Positions 11,034-20,946 of a stretch of DNA of 64,000 nt are shown here, piece after piece (position 1 is the stretch's first letter; each line of letters starts with the position of its first letter). Under the pieces are notes generated by a model, which was given only the letters and a program-made list of their open reading frames with translations, was not told the origin of the DNA and did not search any database. This DNA comes from an uncultured Acidobacteriota bacterium (GTDB lineage: Bacteria; Acidobacteriota; UBA6911), in assembly GCA_963827655.1 (NCBI GenBank), contig CAWHCF010000031.1, positions 128,001 through 192,000 of the forward strand. The letters run 5' to 3'. The position numbers and the translations under genes are program-made.

Positions 11034-11756
11034 ATGGGTGAACCGTCTCAAGAATCCGCTCCCGCAGAGTCAACCACGGTTCTGGAGGCTCTGCTGGAAT
11101 ATCAGTTCAAAGACGAGAAACTGCTTGTGAGAGCGTTAACCCATCGTTCCTTTGTAAACGAGCACGAAGGCGAGGACCTCCGGCACAACGAATCGATGGA
11201 GTTTCTTGGGGATGCCGTGCTCGGCTTCCTCATCAGCTCGAGAGTCTTTTATCGCTACCCAAATTTAAGCGAAGGGGCGCTCAGTAAAATCAAGGCATAT
11301 CTTGTAAGTGCCGCCAACCTTGTCCATCTTGCCGACAGAATAAGGTTAGGGGAATTTCTTCGGATCAGCCGTGGGGAAGAGAAGACGGGAGGCCGCAAAA
11401 AGAAGGCGATTCTTGTGGATGCTTACGAAGCGATCATCGGAGCCATCTATCTTGACGGCGGAATCGAAGCGGCCTCGGACTTTGTTGACCGGCAGGTCGG
11501 AAAGTTTTTTGACGAGTTGGATCTCGCGGAGCTTACCTATGGCGACTTTAAATCCGCTCTGCAGGAGCATCTCCACAATGTTGGCCTTGCTGAGCCTTTT
11601 TACCGCACCGTCGATGAGATCGGCCCGGATCACAAGAAAATCTTCGTAGTCCAGGTTTTACTCGACGACGGTGTTATCGCGGAAGCTGCGGGAAGAACCA
11701 AGAAGGAAGCCCAGCAGGCGGCCGCTCGGTTGGCGCTCGAGAGGCTGAGGGAATGA
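11034..11756 (+). CDS. rnc: Ribonuclease III
   Basis: 'ALTHRS...HNESMEFLGDAVLG', 'DAYEAIIGAIYLDGG', dsRBD 'DFKSALQE...GPDH...GRTKKEAQQAAA'. Confidence 0.97.
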   Translation: MGEPSQESAPAESTTVLEALLEYQFKDEKLLVRALTHRSFVNEHEGEDLRHNESMEFLGDAVLGFLISSRVFYRYPNLSEGALSKIKAYLVSAANLVHLADRIRLGEFLRISRGEEKTGGRKKKAILVDAYEAIIGAIYLDGGIEAASDFVDRQVGKFFDELDLAELTYGDFKSALQEHLHNVGLAEPFYRTVDEIGPDHKKIFVVQVLLDDGVIAEAAGRTKKEAQQAAARLALERLRE

Positions 11757-11920
11757 TACCGTATTACCTGGGAAGGCTTCTTCAACTAGCCGGGCTGTTT
11801 ATCATGGCTGAAACCCTCATCATCTACTTCGGCCAGATGATGCCGCTCCTACAGGGCTCCCTTCTCGGCGTCACCGTCTTCTACGTGGGCTACCTCATGG
11901 TACGGAAGTATGGCGCTTAG
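11753..11920 (+). CDS. Small (55 aa) two-TM membrane protein, not in the ORF track
   Basis: ATGA overlap with the rnc stop; MIPYYLGRLLQLAGLFIMAETLIIYFGQMMPLLQGSLLGVTVFYVGYLMVRKYGA*. Confidence 0.7.
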   Translation: MIPYYLGRLLQLAGLFIMAETLIIYFGQMMPLLQGSLLGVTVFYVGYLMVRKYGA

Positions 11921-12153
11921 GGCTCGCGCAGAAATAACTTCACATTCTGGCGCGAGGGTCGGTGGTCAATCATGAATCGGTTTCTGTTTGCTAAGCATGC
12001 TGAGGATCGCGCCCCTTCGGGCTGCGGCCCGCAGGCCCGCTGGCTTTGTTGCTCGCTCCTCACGTACCGCACCGGGTACGCATCGTCGCTCGCGCCTCGC
12101 CAGCGGGCCTGGGGGCCTGCAGCAGAATGCGAACTTATTTCTGCGCGAACCCT
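11919..12153. mobile_element. MITE-like non-autonomous element, ~235 bp, 31-bp imperfect TIRs (repeat family A, copy 1)
   Basis: Left end AGGGCTCGCGCAGAAATAACTTCACATTCTG vs reverse complement of right end AGGGTTCGCGCAGAAATAAGTTCGCATTCTG (28/31); no transposase; near-identical copy at 25366-25554. Confidence 0.85.
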
Positions 12154-12893
12154 CAGTATTCCGCCGAAGCCTTCAAGAACCAGTATGCGAGCAGGGCGGC
12201 GGCATCGTACACACTGTGAGCTACCACAGGCGCAACCAGGCTCCCTCGAACAAGGTAGATCACACCAAACAAGAAACCGAACAATCCGGCTACAACGGAA
12301 CCTTGAACTCCCTGCAGGTAGTGCCCGTAGGCAAAAAAGGTACTCCACAAAATGAGTCCGACCGTCGCGCCGCCAAGGTAGTCGCGAAATCGCACCAGAA
12401 CAAACGCTCGCTGAAGTTCTTCTTTGATTCCCCCGGCGAACAGCGCCGAAACGATGAAGAGCGCAAGATCGCCCGGAGAGCGAATGGTCTCGAGCAGGAG
12501 ATTCTGTTCAGAATAGTATCTGGGAAGAAAAGATCGGAAGAAATGGCTCACCAAGACACTCATGAGAAATAGAACGGGCACCACGAGGAGTCCAATGAAC
12601 ACGTCGGCGCCCAACCGATTGCTTCGCCATCCGAGGTAGCGCAGACTCTCCCCGTGTGCCCGTAGGATCAACATCAGAAGTGCAACGGTAATGCAAGCTT
12701 CCACCAGGATAAAAAGGGCAATCACGCGAGCCTTCCCGACAAGAGCTTCGTGACTGATGCCGCTGAGCGCGAAAGGGAGGTATGCGATGGCGCTGGATAG
12801 GAGCCCAGCCACTACCAACACTTCGAGCAAGGCTTGAAGCCGATCCATCCACAGGCTTTTCCGGGGCGCGAGAAGGTACTGGGGAGGATCCAT
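12153..12893 (-). CDS. CPBP (CAAX/Abi) family intramembrane glutamic endopeptidase
   Basis: Multi-TM; 'KEELQRA' (EExxxR), 'FAYGHYLQG', 'VAHSVYD' motifs. Confidence 0.9.
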   Translation of the reverse strand: MDPPQYLLAPRKSLWMDRLQALLEVLVVAGLLSSAIAYLPFALSGISHEALVGKARVIALFILVEACITVALLMLILRAHGESLRYLGWRSNRLGADVFIGLLVVPVLFLMSVLVSHFFRSFLPRYYSEQNLLLETIRSPGDLALFIVSALFAGGIKEELQRAFVLVRFRDYLGGATVGLILWSTFFAYGHYLQGVQGSVVAGLFGFLFGVIYLVRGSLVAPVVAHSVYDAAALLAYWFLKASAEY

Positions 12894-12960
12894 TTCTCGA
12901 CCGTAGCAGCAGGTCCAGGGTCGAGTCAAGGCCCCGGGAGCACACCCCGCGCCGTGAAGT

Positions 12961-13063
12961 CACAACCCAAGTCTTCTTCGCGTTTCTTGGCGTCTCCGCG
13001 TCTTTCGTGGTCAGGGCTCGCACAATACCACCAGGACACCAAGTCACGAAGGAACACAAAAGG
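12961..13063. repeat. Octamer-periodic hairpin repeat (family C)
   Basis: 'CTTGGCGTCTCCGCGTCTTTCGTGGT...ACCACCAGGACACCAAGTCACGAAGGAACAC'; homologous to the reverse complement of 55478-55550 and to 42421-42582. Confidence 0.75.
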
Positions 13064-13226
13064 CGGTAAGCCAGTGGGCTGTCCCGGAGTTCACATCGAG
13101 GGTTGTAACCGTTCAGACTAGGGCATATAATCCGGTCCTGAGTCCCGCAGTGTTGAACCAGGCCAGGAGTCATCGACATCACTGATCCCATGGTGTGGAT
13201 GGTTCTGGGCGCGTCAGGAGAACTGA

Positions 13227-13865
13227 ATGGGTAAGTTTTGGACGAGAGGTGTGGTTTCCGCGCTTCTTTGTCTTATCCCCGGGATGTTTGCCTCCGCGGC
13301 AAGCGGCGAGATTGTTCTGGCGGAGGGCACTCGAATCTTTCTTGCGTTGAACGACCCCCTGAGCACGAAGCATAGCAGCGAAGGGGACATCTTTACCGCC
13401 GATGTAGTAGTTCCGGTTTACCATAAGGAGCGGCTGGTTTTACCGAAAGGGAGCATTGTAGCCGGAAGTATCTCGCGTATCGTGAGGCCGGGTCGATTCC
13501 GTGGCAAAGCCCTCCTGAACGTGCTCTTTCAGTCTGTTCGAATAGCCGGCAGGTTACAGCTGCCGCTGGTCGCCTCTCTGGCTACAGTTGAGCCGGGGGG
13601 TAATGCCGGTGTGAAGGCAGAATCCACGATCGAAGGCGAAGGTTCAAAGGGTAAAGACGCCGCCCAGGTTGCGAAACCGGCGCTTGCCGGGGCAGGGATC
13701 GGCGCTCTGGCGGGAGGTGGCACGGGAGCTGCCATCGGGAGCGCTGCCGGAGCTGTGATCGGCCTTGGGTCGGTTTTTGCCAGCCGCGGCAAGGACGTCG
13801 AAATACGGAAAGGCTCTACTCTTGAGATCGTGCTGGATCGACCACTGACAATACCCGACCGGTAA
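13227..13865 (+). CDS. Exported TrbI/VirB10-like beta domain with glycine zipper
   Basis: Signal peptide; 'LAEGTRIFLALNDPLST...GDIFTA...LPKGSIVAG'; 'GAGIGALAGGGTGAAIG'; 'GKDVEIRKGSTLEIVL'. Confidence 0.7.
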   Translation: MGKFWTRGVVSALLCLIPGMFASAASGEIVLAEGTRIFLALNDPLSTKHSSEGDIFTADVVVPVYHKERLVLPKGSIVAGSISRIVRPGRFRGKALLNVLFQSVRIAGRLQLPLVASLATVEPGGNAGVKAESTIEGEGSKGKDAAQVAKPALAGAGIGALAGGGTGAAIGSAAGAVIGLGSVFASRGKDVEIRKGSTLEIVLDRPLTIPDR

Positions 13866-13886
13866 TCCAGGACGCGGCGCGACCCT

Positions 13887-15167
13887 TCATAAACTACCCA
13901 CCGTTATTCTCTCCGAACCACCCAGGTAAGGGCGCAGGACCTCGGGGACGACGACTGAGCCATCTTGTTGCTGGTAGTTCTCGAGAATGGCCAGCCACGT
14001 TCTTCCAACCGCAAGCCCGGAACCGTTCAGGGTATGGACAAACTGTCGCTTGCCCTCGGCATTTCGGAAACGGATGTTTGCGCGCCGTGCCTGAAAGGCT
14101 TCGAAGTTGCTGCAGGAGGAAATCTCTCGGAACCGTTCCTGGCTCGGCAGCCATACTTCTATGTCATAGGTCTTGGCAGAGGAGAAGCCCATGTCACCGG
14201 TGCTGAGGATCACAACTCGGTGGTGAAGTCCCAGGCGACGTAGAATCTCTTCAGCGTCGCTTGTCAGTGACTCCAGCTCGTCGTACGAAGTCGCCGGGTC
14301 GGCGAATTTCACCAATTCGACCTTGTTGAATTGGTGTTGTCGGATCAACCCGCGAGTATCTTTGCCGTAAGAACCCGCCTCGCTGCGGAAACAGGGGCTA
14401 TAGGCGACGAACTTTTGCGGGAGCGTGGAGCCGTCCATTACCTCACCTTGATAGATGTTCGTCACCGGCACTTCGGCTGTCGGGATCAAATAGTAATCGG
14501 TTCCTTCGATCCTGAAGAGATCTTGACCAAATTTCGGCAGGTTCCCGGTGCCGAACAGGCTTGCGGAGTTAGCCATGAAAGGCGGCAGCACCTCACGGTA
14601 TCCATGTTCGCGGGTGTGCACATCGATCATGAAATTGATGAGCGCTCTCTCAAGACGCGCGCCCATTCCGGAGAGCAGCGCAAACCGCGCTCCCGCGATC
14701 CGCGTGGCACGATCCATGTCCAGAATGCCGAGGGCAGAGCCGAGATCGACATGATCCAGAGGATCAAAGCTGAACTGCGGCGGTTTTCCCCATCGCCGCA
14801 CCTCCACATTAGCCGTCTCATCCCCTCCTCTTGGAACCGATTCGTGAGGAAGATTTGGAATGACGTGCAGCATCGTATTCAGCTCTTCCTCGAGAATCCG
14901 GACCTGGTCTTCCAGAGCTTTTATTTCGCTTGAAATCTGCTTGACCCTGGCTTGCTGCTGGGCCGTTTCAAGTCCCTGACGTCTTAGCTTGCCGATTTCC
15001 TCGGAAGCATCGTTGCGTTGCCGGCGCAACTCCTCACTCCGGATCAATACACCCTTCCGCTCATCATCTACCCTGACCAAGTCCTCAAGGGGATAGCTCC
15101 CGCCGCGAGCAAGGAGTCGCTCCCGAACGTATTCCAGGTTTTCGCGAACGAAATTCTTGTCCAGCAT
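13887..15167 (-). CDS. serS: Serine--tRNA ligase
   Basis: [10 protein letters not shown] start; 'LIPTAEVP', '[22 protein letters not shown]', 'EISSCSN', '[12 protein letters not shown]'. Confidence 0.98.
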   Translation of the reverse strand: MLDKNFVRENLEYVRERLLARGGSYPLEDLVRVDDERKGVLIRSEELRRQRNDASEEIGKLRRQGLETAQQQARVKQISSEIKALEDQVRILEEELNTMLHVIPNLPHESVPRGGDETANVEVRRWGKPPQFSFDPLDHVDLGSALGILDMDRATRIAGARFALLSGMGARLERALINFMIDVHTREHGYREVLPPFMANSASLFGTGNLPKFGQDLFRIEGTDYYLIPTAEVPVTNIYQGEVMDGSTLPQKFVAYSPCFRSEAGSYGKDTRGLIRQHQFNKVELVKFADPATSYDELESLTSDAEEILRRLGLHHRVVILSTGDMGFSSAKTYDIEVWLPSQERFREISSCSNFEAFQARRANIRFRNAEGKRQFVHTLNGSGLAVGRTWLAILENYQQQDGSVVVPEVLRPYLGGSERITVGSL

Positions 15168-15254
15168 AAGCTCGATTACTGAAAACCGGCGAACTCGCGG
15201 GTATCGGCCAGAGAGAATAGACGTTAACAGACGGTCGGATTTACTGACAAGACG

Positions 15255-15338
15255 AAATTCGGTGACAGGCACCAAATTGCGCGGTCACGAGAGGCCAAAA
15301 GACTGTGTTTTGCCACGCAATCTGGTGCTACGGAATTT
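15255..15338. repeat. Second, inverted copy of repeat family B with degenerate right arm
   Basis: Identical 26-bp arm at 15255-15280; spacer GCGGTCACGAGAGGCCAAAAGACTGTGTTTTGC matches the reverse complement of the copy-1 spacer. Confidence 0.85.
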
Positions 15339-15601
15339 CACTCGGCTAGCCAGTGGGTCAACTCGCGTAGTGTAGAACGCTCTCCGATGAAGTGTCGGGA
15401 AACACAGATTCTCAACCCACCGGATGCTCCACCGCCGGGTGTTTTTCAGGACCCTAGCCTTTCTGGATCCCGCGAAACCTCGATGGGGCTAACCATTGAA
15501 AAAAAAGGAGAAACACTGAATCCGGGCCAGAGCGGCAGGTATTCGCGTGAAACCTTTGAGATTTCGCCTTATCAAACCGGGATATGAAGGGAGGAAGCAC
15601 T

Positions 15602-16150
15602 ATGGGTTTCGATATCAAGACAACAAAGCTGCTTGCTGCTCTTTTGTTAGCTGGTTTTCTCAGCGCGGGGATCTTAGCCTGCAATCGGCAATCGAGTTAC
15701 GATCCGCAGTGGGTACGGGAGAAATACGGCTTGGCCGACGCCTATGCCGAGCAGGTCTCCACCCCGGATGGATCCATGCCGGCGACCATCGTGCCAGTCA
15801 CTCTGGAAGACGGCCGGAGAGCCCACCTCATCGTTCCTCAGAGACGGTCGGAATATCCGGTCTACTTCCGTGATCAGGAGGGCCTGCGACCGGTTGTGCT
15901 CGAGGATCGCAGCGTCGAGCGTGATCGCTTTGTTCAATCACGCCCCGTAGCCGTGGAGCGGCGAGTCGCACCAGCGCCGGTGTCTCAGAAAAAGAAACGG
16001 TCCTGGCAAAAAGAAGTCTTGATCGTGGCCGGTAGCGCCGGGGCGGGCGCGGGAATCGGCGCGGTCGCCGGAGGGAAGAAGGGAGCCGCAATAGGCGCAA
16101 TCTCCGGCGGAGTGGCCGGCCTGATTTACGACATGGCCACCCGCAAGTAA
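15602..16150 (+). CDS. Lipoprotein with C-terminal glycine zipper (YMGG-like)
   Basis: GGGAGG RBS; lipobox 'ILAC'; 'KKRSWQKEVLIVAGSAGAGAGIGAVAGGKKGAAIGA'. Confidence 0.8.
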   Translation: MGFDIKTTKLLAALLLAGFLSAGILACNRQSSYDPQWVREKYGLADAYAEQVSTPDGSMPATIVPVTLEDGRRAHLIVPQRRSEYPVYFRDQEGLRPVVLEDRSVERDRFVQSRPVAVERRVAPAPVSQKKKRSWQKEVLIVAGSAGAGAGIGAVAGGKKGAAIGAISGGVAGLIYDMATRK

Positions 16151-16394
16151 CCTGGATTGTCCAGCCAGGGTGGGTGCGGTTCCGATCGTGGCTGCGCCCG
16201 CCCTCCCCCTCCCCTCGTAATTCCAAGCCCCCTGCCATCCAACCCGAAACTCTGTGCGTATCTTCGCGGTCAGCGCTTGTTTTGGCATTGACTTTGAAAG
16301 AGTCGATTGTTTCAATGATTTTTCTTTGCTGACTGGCCGCTTCCGGAGAGTCAGCGTGTATCTCCCCAAAAGAGGCGCATGACAAGCGTTCACT

Positions 16395-17291
16395 ATGACT
16401 AAGATTCGCAGAGCTGTTTTCCCCGCGGCAGGTCTGGGTACTCGGTTTCTTCCCGCAACCAAGGCGCAACCCAAAGAGATGCTGCCCCTGGTAGACAAAC
16501 CTATCATTCAATATGCCGTTGAGGAAGCCGTGGCGTCAGGACTGGAGAGCCTTATCATCATAACGGGTCGCGGGAAGAATGCCATTGAGGATCACTTTGA
16601 TGTTTCTTTCGAGCTCGAAAAGATCCTGGAGCAGCGCGGCAAATCTGATCTGCTGAATCAGGTCCGAGCGGTTTCGGATATGGTGCAGATATCGTATGTC
16701 CGGCAGAAGGAGGCTCTGGGGCTGGGTCACGCCATTCTGATGGCGCGCGACCTGGTTAACGATGAACCGTTCGCGGTTCTGCTTGGCGACGATATCATCG
16801 AGTCTGACACGCCATGCATTCGACAGATGATCGAGGTTTATCAGCGGTATGGAGGGAGTGTAGTCGCAATCATGGAAGTTCCCCGGGCCGAAGTAACCCG
16901 CTATGGAATCATCAAGGGAACGCCGTTACCGGAGGCCGGCGATCGAGTTTTCGAGATCGAAGATATGGTCGAGAAACCCTCGGCGGACCAGGCGCCGTCT
17001 AATCTAGCCATCATTGGTCGTTACATATTGACGCCCGCAATTTTCGAATCGCTTAGCGGGACTGAACGCGGCAGCGGAGGCGAGATACAGCTAACCGATG
17101 GCCTGCGCCGCCTGCTCCTCAAGGAGAAGGTGTTCGGCTATCGCTTCCGGGGAAAGCGACACGACGCCGGCGACAAACTTGGGTTTCTGAAAGCTACCGT
17201 TGAATTTGCCCTGAAGAACGAGGAACTCGGGCCTGAGTTTCGCTCTTACCTCAAAGCCCTGAACCTTAATTCGAGCGGAACCACGGATTGA
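16395..17291 (+). CDS. galU: UTP--glucose-1-phosphate uridylyltransferase
   Basis: 'AVFPAAGLGTRFLPATKAQPKEMLP', 'RQKEALGLGHA', 'VEKP', 'GEIQLTD'. Confidence 0.97.
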   Translation: MTKIRRAVFPAAGLGTRFLPATKAQPKEMLPLVDKPIIQYAVEEAVASGLESLIIITGRGKNAIEDHFDVSFELEKILEQRGKSDLLNQVRAVSDMVQISYVRQKEALGLGHAILMARDLVNDEPFAVLLGDDIIESDTPCIRQMIEVYQRYGGSVVAIMEVPRAEVTRYGIIKGTPLPEAGDRVFEIEDMVEKPSADQAPSNLAIIGRYILTPAIFESLSGTERGSGGEIQLTDGLRRLLLKEKVFGYRFRGKRHDAGDKLGFLKATVEFALKNEELGPEFRSYLKALNLNSSGTTD

Positions 17292-17294
17292 AAC

Positions 17295-18581
17295 ATGCGC
17301 GTCCTGGTTATCGGGTCCGGAGGAAGAGAGCATGCGCTGGTCTGGAGGCTGCGCAAGAGCCCGCGAGTGCAAGCCATTTTTTGCGTTCCCGGAAACGGCG
17401 GCATTGAGCGGGATGCCCGGTGCGTGCCGCTTTCGCCCCTCGATAATCATGGACTGGAGATTCTCGCCCGGAAGGAGAAAATCGACTTTACTATCGTGGG
17501 TCCCGAGGTCCCCCTGGCAGCCGGACTGGTCGACCATTTCGTTGACAAGGCTATTCCGATCATCGGCCCTACCCAATCTGGAGCGCGCCTGGAATCGAGC
17601 AAGGTCTTTGCCAAGGAATTCATGGTGCGGCATCACATTCCTACGGCGGGGTTCTCGACTCATCGTGATCCCCAAAAAGCAATGGCCCAGCTGGGTTCCG
17701 AGGATACGAGCTATCCTATCGTGGTGAAAGCCGACGGATTGGCAGGAGGCAAAGGTGTGGTCGTGGCGCGTACGCCGGAGGAGGCGGGGGATGCGATCCA
17801 GCGCATGATGGTTGATCGTGAGTTCGGTGCAGCAGGCGAGCGGATCATCCTGGAAGAACACCTTGTCGGGACTGAGGCGTCATTTATCGTTTTCACCGAC
17901 GGTAATACAATTCTTCCTGCTGTTGCAGCCAGGGATCACAAGGCCGTCTACGATGGCGACGAGGGACCGAACACCGGCGGTATGGGCGCGTATTCCGCAG
18001 AAATGATTCTCGCACGCGACTTGCAGCAGAAGATTCTCGAGCAGATCGTCCGTCCGGTGATCCAGGGTATGAAGGCTGAAGGAATACCGTTTCAGGGAAT
18101 ACTCTATACCGGCCTTATGCTCACGCCTGAGGGGCCGAAGGTGCTCGAATTCAACGTTCGGATGGGTGACCCGGAGGCGCAGGTGATTCTGCCCCGGTTG
18201 CAAAGCGACTTTTCGTCGCTGTGCGAGGCTCTATGCGCCCGCCGGCTCGAGGACTATAAGGCCTCATGGAAGAGCGCGCCGGCCGTCTGCGTTGTTCTTG
18301 CGTCCGGCGGTTATCCGGGTCCCTACGCCAAAGGCGAGGTTATTACCGGCTTGGAGATGGCTGAGGAAGACCCGCGCATCGCCATATTTCACGCGGGAAC
18401 GCGTCATGAAAACGGCCGCTTTCTGACCGATGGCGGACGCGTTCTAGGGGTAACTTCACTTGCCGGCGACCTGGCCTCGGCGGTTATGTCGGCGTATGAA
18501 GCGGTAAACAAGATTCGATTCAAGGGGATGCACTACAGGCGAGACATCGGCGCCAAAGCGCTGCCGACCACCACCTATTAA
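17295..18581 (+). CDS. purD: Phosphoribosylamine--glycine ligase
   Basis: 'GSGGREHAL', 'VKADGLAGGKGV', 'GPNTGGMGAYS', 'EFNVRMGDPE'. Confidence 0.98.
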   Translation: MRVLVIGSGGREHALVWRLRKSPRVQAIFCVPGNGGIERDARCVPLSPLDNHGLEILARKEKIDFTIVGPEVPLAAGLVDHFVDKAIPIIGPTQSGARLESSKVFAKEFMVRHHIPTAGFSTHRDPQKAMAQLGSEDTSYPIVVKADGLAGGKGVVVARTPEEAGDAIQRMMVDREFGAAGERIILEEHLVGTEASFIVFTDGNTILPAVAARDHKAVYDGDEGPNTGGMGAYSAEMILARDLQQKILEQIVRPVIQGMKAEGIPFQGILYTGLMLTPEGPKVLEFNVRMGDPEAQVILPRLQSDFSSLCEALCARRLEDYKASWKSAPAVCVVLASGGYPGPYAKGEVITGLEMAEEDPRIAIFHAGTRHENGRFLTDGGRVLGVTSLAGDLASAVMSAYEAVNKIRFKGMHYRRDIGAKALPTTTY

Positions 18582-18594
18582 AAAGAGGGATTCC

Positions 18595-19101
18595 ATGACC
18601 AAGCCGAAGGTCGCGATTGTTCTGGGCAGCGACTCGGACTATCCGGTAATCCAGGATGCATTGAAACTTCTCGATGATTTCGAGATTTCATACGAGGTTA
18701 CGATCTCCAGCGCGCATCGCTCGCCGGATCGAACTCAGCGTTATGCCGCTACCCTGGAAGAGCGAGGCGTTCAGGTCATAATCGCCTGCGCCGGTGGAGC
18801 GGCCCACCTGGCCGGCGTCCTCGCCGCTCATACGATTTTGCCGGTCGTGGGTGTGCCGATTGACTCATCGCCCCTGAAGGGCCTCGATGCTCTCCTGTCG
18901 ACGTCAATGATGCCTGCCGGCGTCCCGGTCGCAACCGTGGCTATAGGCAAGGCCGGCGCGAGCAATGCTGCGATACTTGCAGCGCAAATCCTGGCTCGCA
19001 GCGACGCCGAGCTCGCTCAGCGGCTCCGTCGCTATAAAGAGAGGCTGGCCGAAGGTGTGGAGGCCAAGGACCGCGAGTTGAAGAGGGCGAGAAGTGTCTA
19101 A
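18595..19101 (+). CDS. purE: N5-CAIR mutase
   Basis: 'GSDSD', 'SAHRSP', 'AGGAAHLAG', 'MPAGVPVATV'. Confidence 0.97.
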   Translation: MTKPKVAIVLGSDSDYPVIQDALKLLDDFEISYEVTISSAHRSPDRTQRYAATLEERGVQVIIACAGGAAHLAGVLAAHTILPVVGVPIDSSPLKGLDALLSTSMMPAGVPVATVAIGKAGASNAAILAAQILARSDAELAQRLRRYKERLAEGVEAKDRELKRARSV

Positions 19102-19139
19102 GGTTCGTTCGGGGACTTCGCCCCGAACGAAAGGCCCCC
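19098..19139. repeat. Short hairpin repeat (family D), possibly terminator-like
   Basis: CTAAGG-TTCGTTCGGGG-ACTTCG-CCCCGAACGAA-AGGCCCCC; related copy at 42492-42526. Confidence 0.6.
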
Positions 19140-19174
19140 TTGTGAACAACATGTTGGTTTGAACGTTTCACCAA

Positions 19175-20479
19175 GTGTCTAAGTTCTTCGTCTACACATT
19201 CGGGTGCCGGTGCAATCAGGCCGATAGTGCCGCGATACGTGAGGGCCTGTGCCGCAATTCTCTCCAGGAAGTGGAAAGCCCGCTGGACGCGCAGCTAGTG
19301 GTCGTGAATACATGTACGGTAACCCACCGCACCGACCAGCAGGTTCGTCGGACTGTGCGGAAGCTCCATCGGGAAAATCCTGGAGCCCGGCTGGTGGTGA
19401 CTGGCTGTTATGCTGAGCGCGATCCGCAATCAATCGCCGCCATCCCGGGCGTGAACCTGGTGATTGGGAATTCCGACAAGGAGCGGCTGGCGGAGATTGT
19501 CTTCGATGAGGGTCCGCAATCCTGCGGAAAGATAATTCGCACGCGTCTGGATGCGGCGCGAGACTACCTGCTTCCGTCGATGCGCCGGACCGGCGGCAAG
19601 ACTCGTCCTTTTGTCAAGATTCAGGACGGGTGTGATGCGCGCTGCTCCTATTGCATCATACCGGCCGTCCGAGGCCCGGGCAGGAGCGCACGAACCAATG
19701 ACGTCTTGACGGAAGTCGAGACGCTCATCGCCGGCGGGTATCAGGAGATTGTACTCACGGGAGTGCATCTCGGTACCTATGGTCGCAAGCAGGCAAGACC
19801 TGGTTCTCTGACGGAACTCCTGCGACGGATACTCGAACTTCCGGGATTGGGCCGCCTTCGATTGAGCAGTATTGAGCCGATGCGCTTCTCTCGGGAAATT
19901 GTGGATCTCGCGGCGCGGCATCGTTCGTTTGCGCCCCATTTTCATATTCCATTGCAGAGCGGATGCGACCGTATTCTAAGGCGTATGAGGAGGCCCTACA
20001 CGGCGGCTCGTTTTTTCGACCTTCTGCGTCACATCGAGATGAGACTCCCTTCGGCTGCGATCGGCACCGACATTATCGTGGGGTTTCCGGGGGAGACTGA
20101 TGAAGATTTTGAGGAGACCCTCCAACTGGTTAGAGCGGCTCCGCTCAGCTATCTTCACATTTTTCCCTTTTCAGCGCGCGAGGGGACCCCGGCCTACTCC
20201 ATGACCGATTCCGTGCCGGCGCCGGTCATCCGCGAACGCGCGAGCGCGCTGCGCGAGTTGTCGCGCGAGAAGAATCTTGCCTTCCGGCGCCGTTTTGTAG
20301 ATGGAGTTCTACCTGCTCTGACGCTCGCCAAAGAGGAAGAAATGGGAGAATCGGCGGTCCTTACCGAGAATTACATTCACGCCCGAATCCCCGGTTTGAA
20401 GATACCGCCGAATCGCCTCGTCGATGTTCGAATCGTCGATGTTCGGCCGGAGGGGACCGCCGCCTCCGTAGTGAGTTAG
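19175..20479 (+). CDS. mtaB: tRNA t6A37 methylthiotransferase MtaB
   Basis: 'TFGCRCNQ', 'NTCTVT', 'TGCYA', radical-SAM 'KIQDGCDARCSYC', 'RLRLSSIEP'. Confidence 0.92.
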   Translation: MSKFFVYTFGCRCNQADSAAIREGLCRNSLQEVESPLDAQLVVVNTCTVTHRTDQQVRRTVRKLHRENPGARLVVTGCYAERDPQSIAAIPGVNLVIGNSDKERLAEIVFDEGPQSCGKIIRTRLDAARDYLLPSMRRTGGKTRPFVKIQDGCDARCSYCIIPAVRGPGRSARTNDVLTEVETLIAGGYQEIVLTGVHLGTYGRKQARPGSLTELLRRILELPGLGRLRLSSIEPMRFSREIVDLAARHRSFAPHFHIPLQSGCDRILRRMRRPYTAARFFDLLRHIEMRLPSAAIGTDIIVGFPGETDEDFEETLQLVRAAPLSYLHIFPFSAREGTPAYSMTDSVPAPVIRERASALRELSREKNLAFRRRFVDGVLPALTLAKEEEMGESAVLTENYIHARIPGLKIPPNRLVDVRIVDVRPEGTAASVVS

Positions 20480-20512
20480 TCCGTCGTCCAGATTTTGCTC
20501 TGAAGCAGGACC

Positions 20513-20890
20513 CTAGTTTTCGAGTATGACCACGGCCAGCGCGGAGTCGTCCGAGTGGGACAGACTCAAGTGGATCGATCGGGTTCCGAGCTCCTGGCTC
20601 TGTTTTTCTGCCGCGTGGCTTAGCACGAGGATCGGTGCATCCTGTTCTCTGCGCACGACCTCCACGTCTTGCCAACTCAGCCCCTTGGCCCAACCGGTGC
20701 CAAGAGCCTTGAACAGGGCTTCCTTGGCGGCAAATCGGACGGCATAGTGAGGGGCAGGATCCCGGCGAGCCTCGCAGAATTCCTGTTCGGCTGCGGTAAA
20801 GATTCTCCGAATGAAGCGCTCCCCCTGATGCTTGAGCGCCTGGCGGATGCGGCGTATTTCAACCACGTCCACTCCGAGACCGACAATCAT
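20513..20890 (-). CDS. acpS: Holo-[ACP] synthase
   Basis: 'GLGVDVVEI', 'RFAAKEALFKALGTG', 'HLSLSH'. Confidence 0.96.
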   Translation of the reverse strand: MIVGLGVDVVEIRRIRQALKHQGERFIRRIFTAAEQEFCEARRDPAPHYAVRFAAKEALFKALGTGWAKGLSWQDVEVVRREQDAPILVLSHAAEKQSQELGTRSIHLSLSHSDDSALAVVILEN

Positions 20891-20946
20891 CCATTCACTC
20901 CAAAACCGATTGACACATCAAACCAGGATCCTCACTATCCTGAAGC

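Noticed and set aside
11917-12572. ORFs sharing 'MNRFL.AKHAEDRAPSGCGPQARWLCCSL' with 25321-25566
   Set aside because: The similarity comes from the non-coding MITE, not from a protein family.
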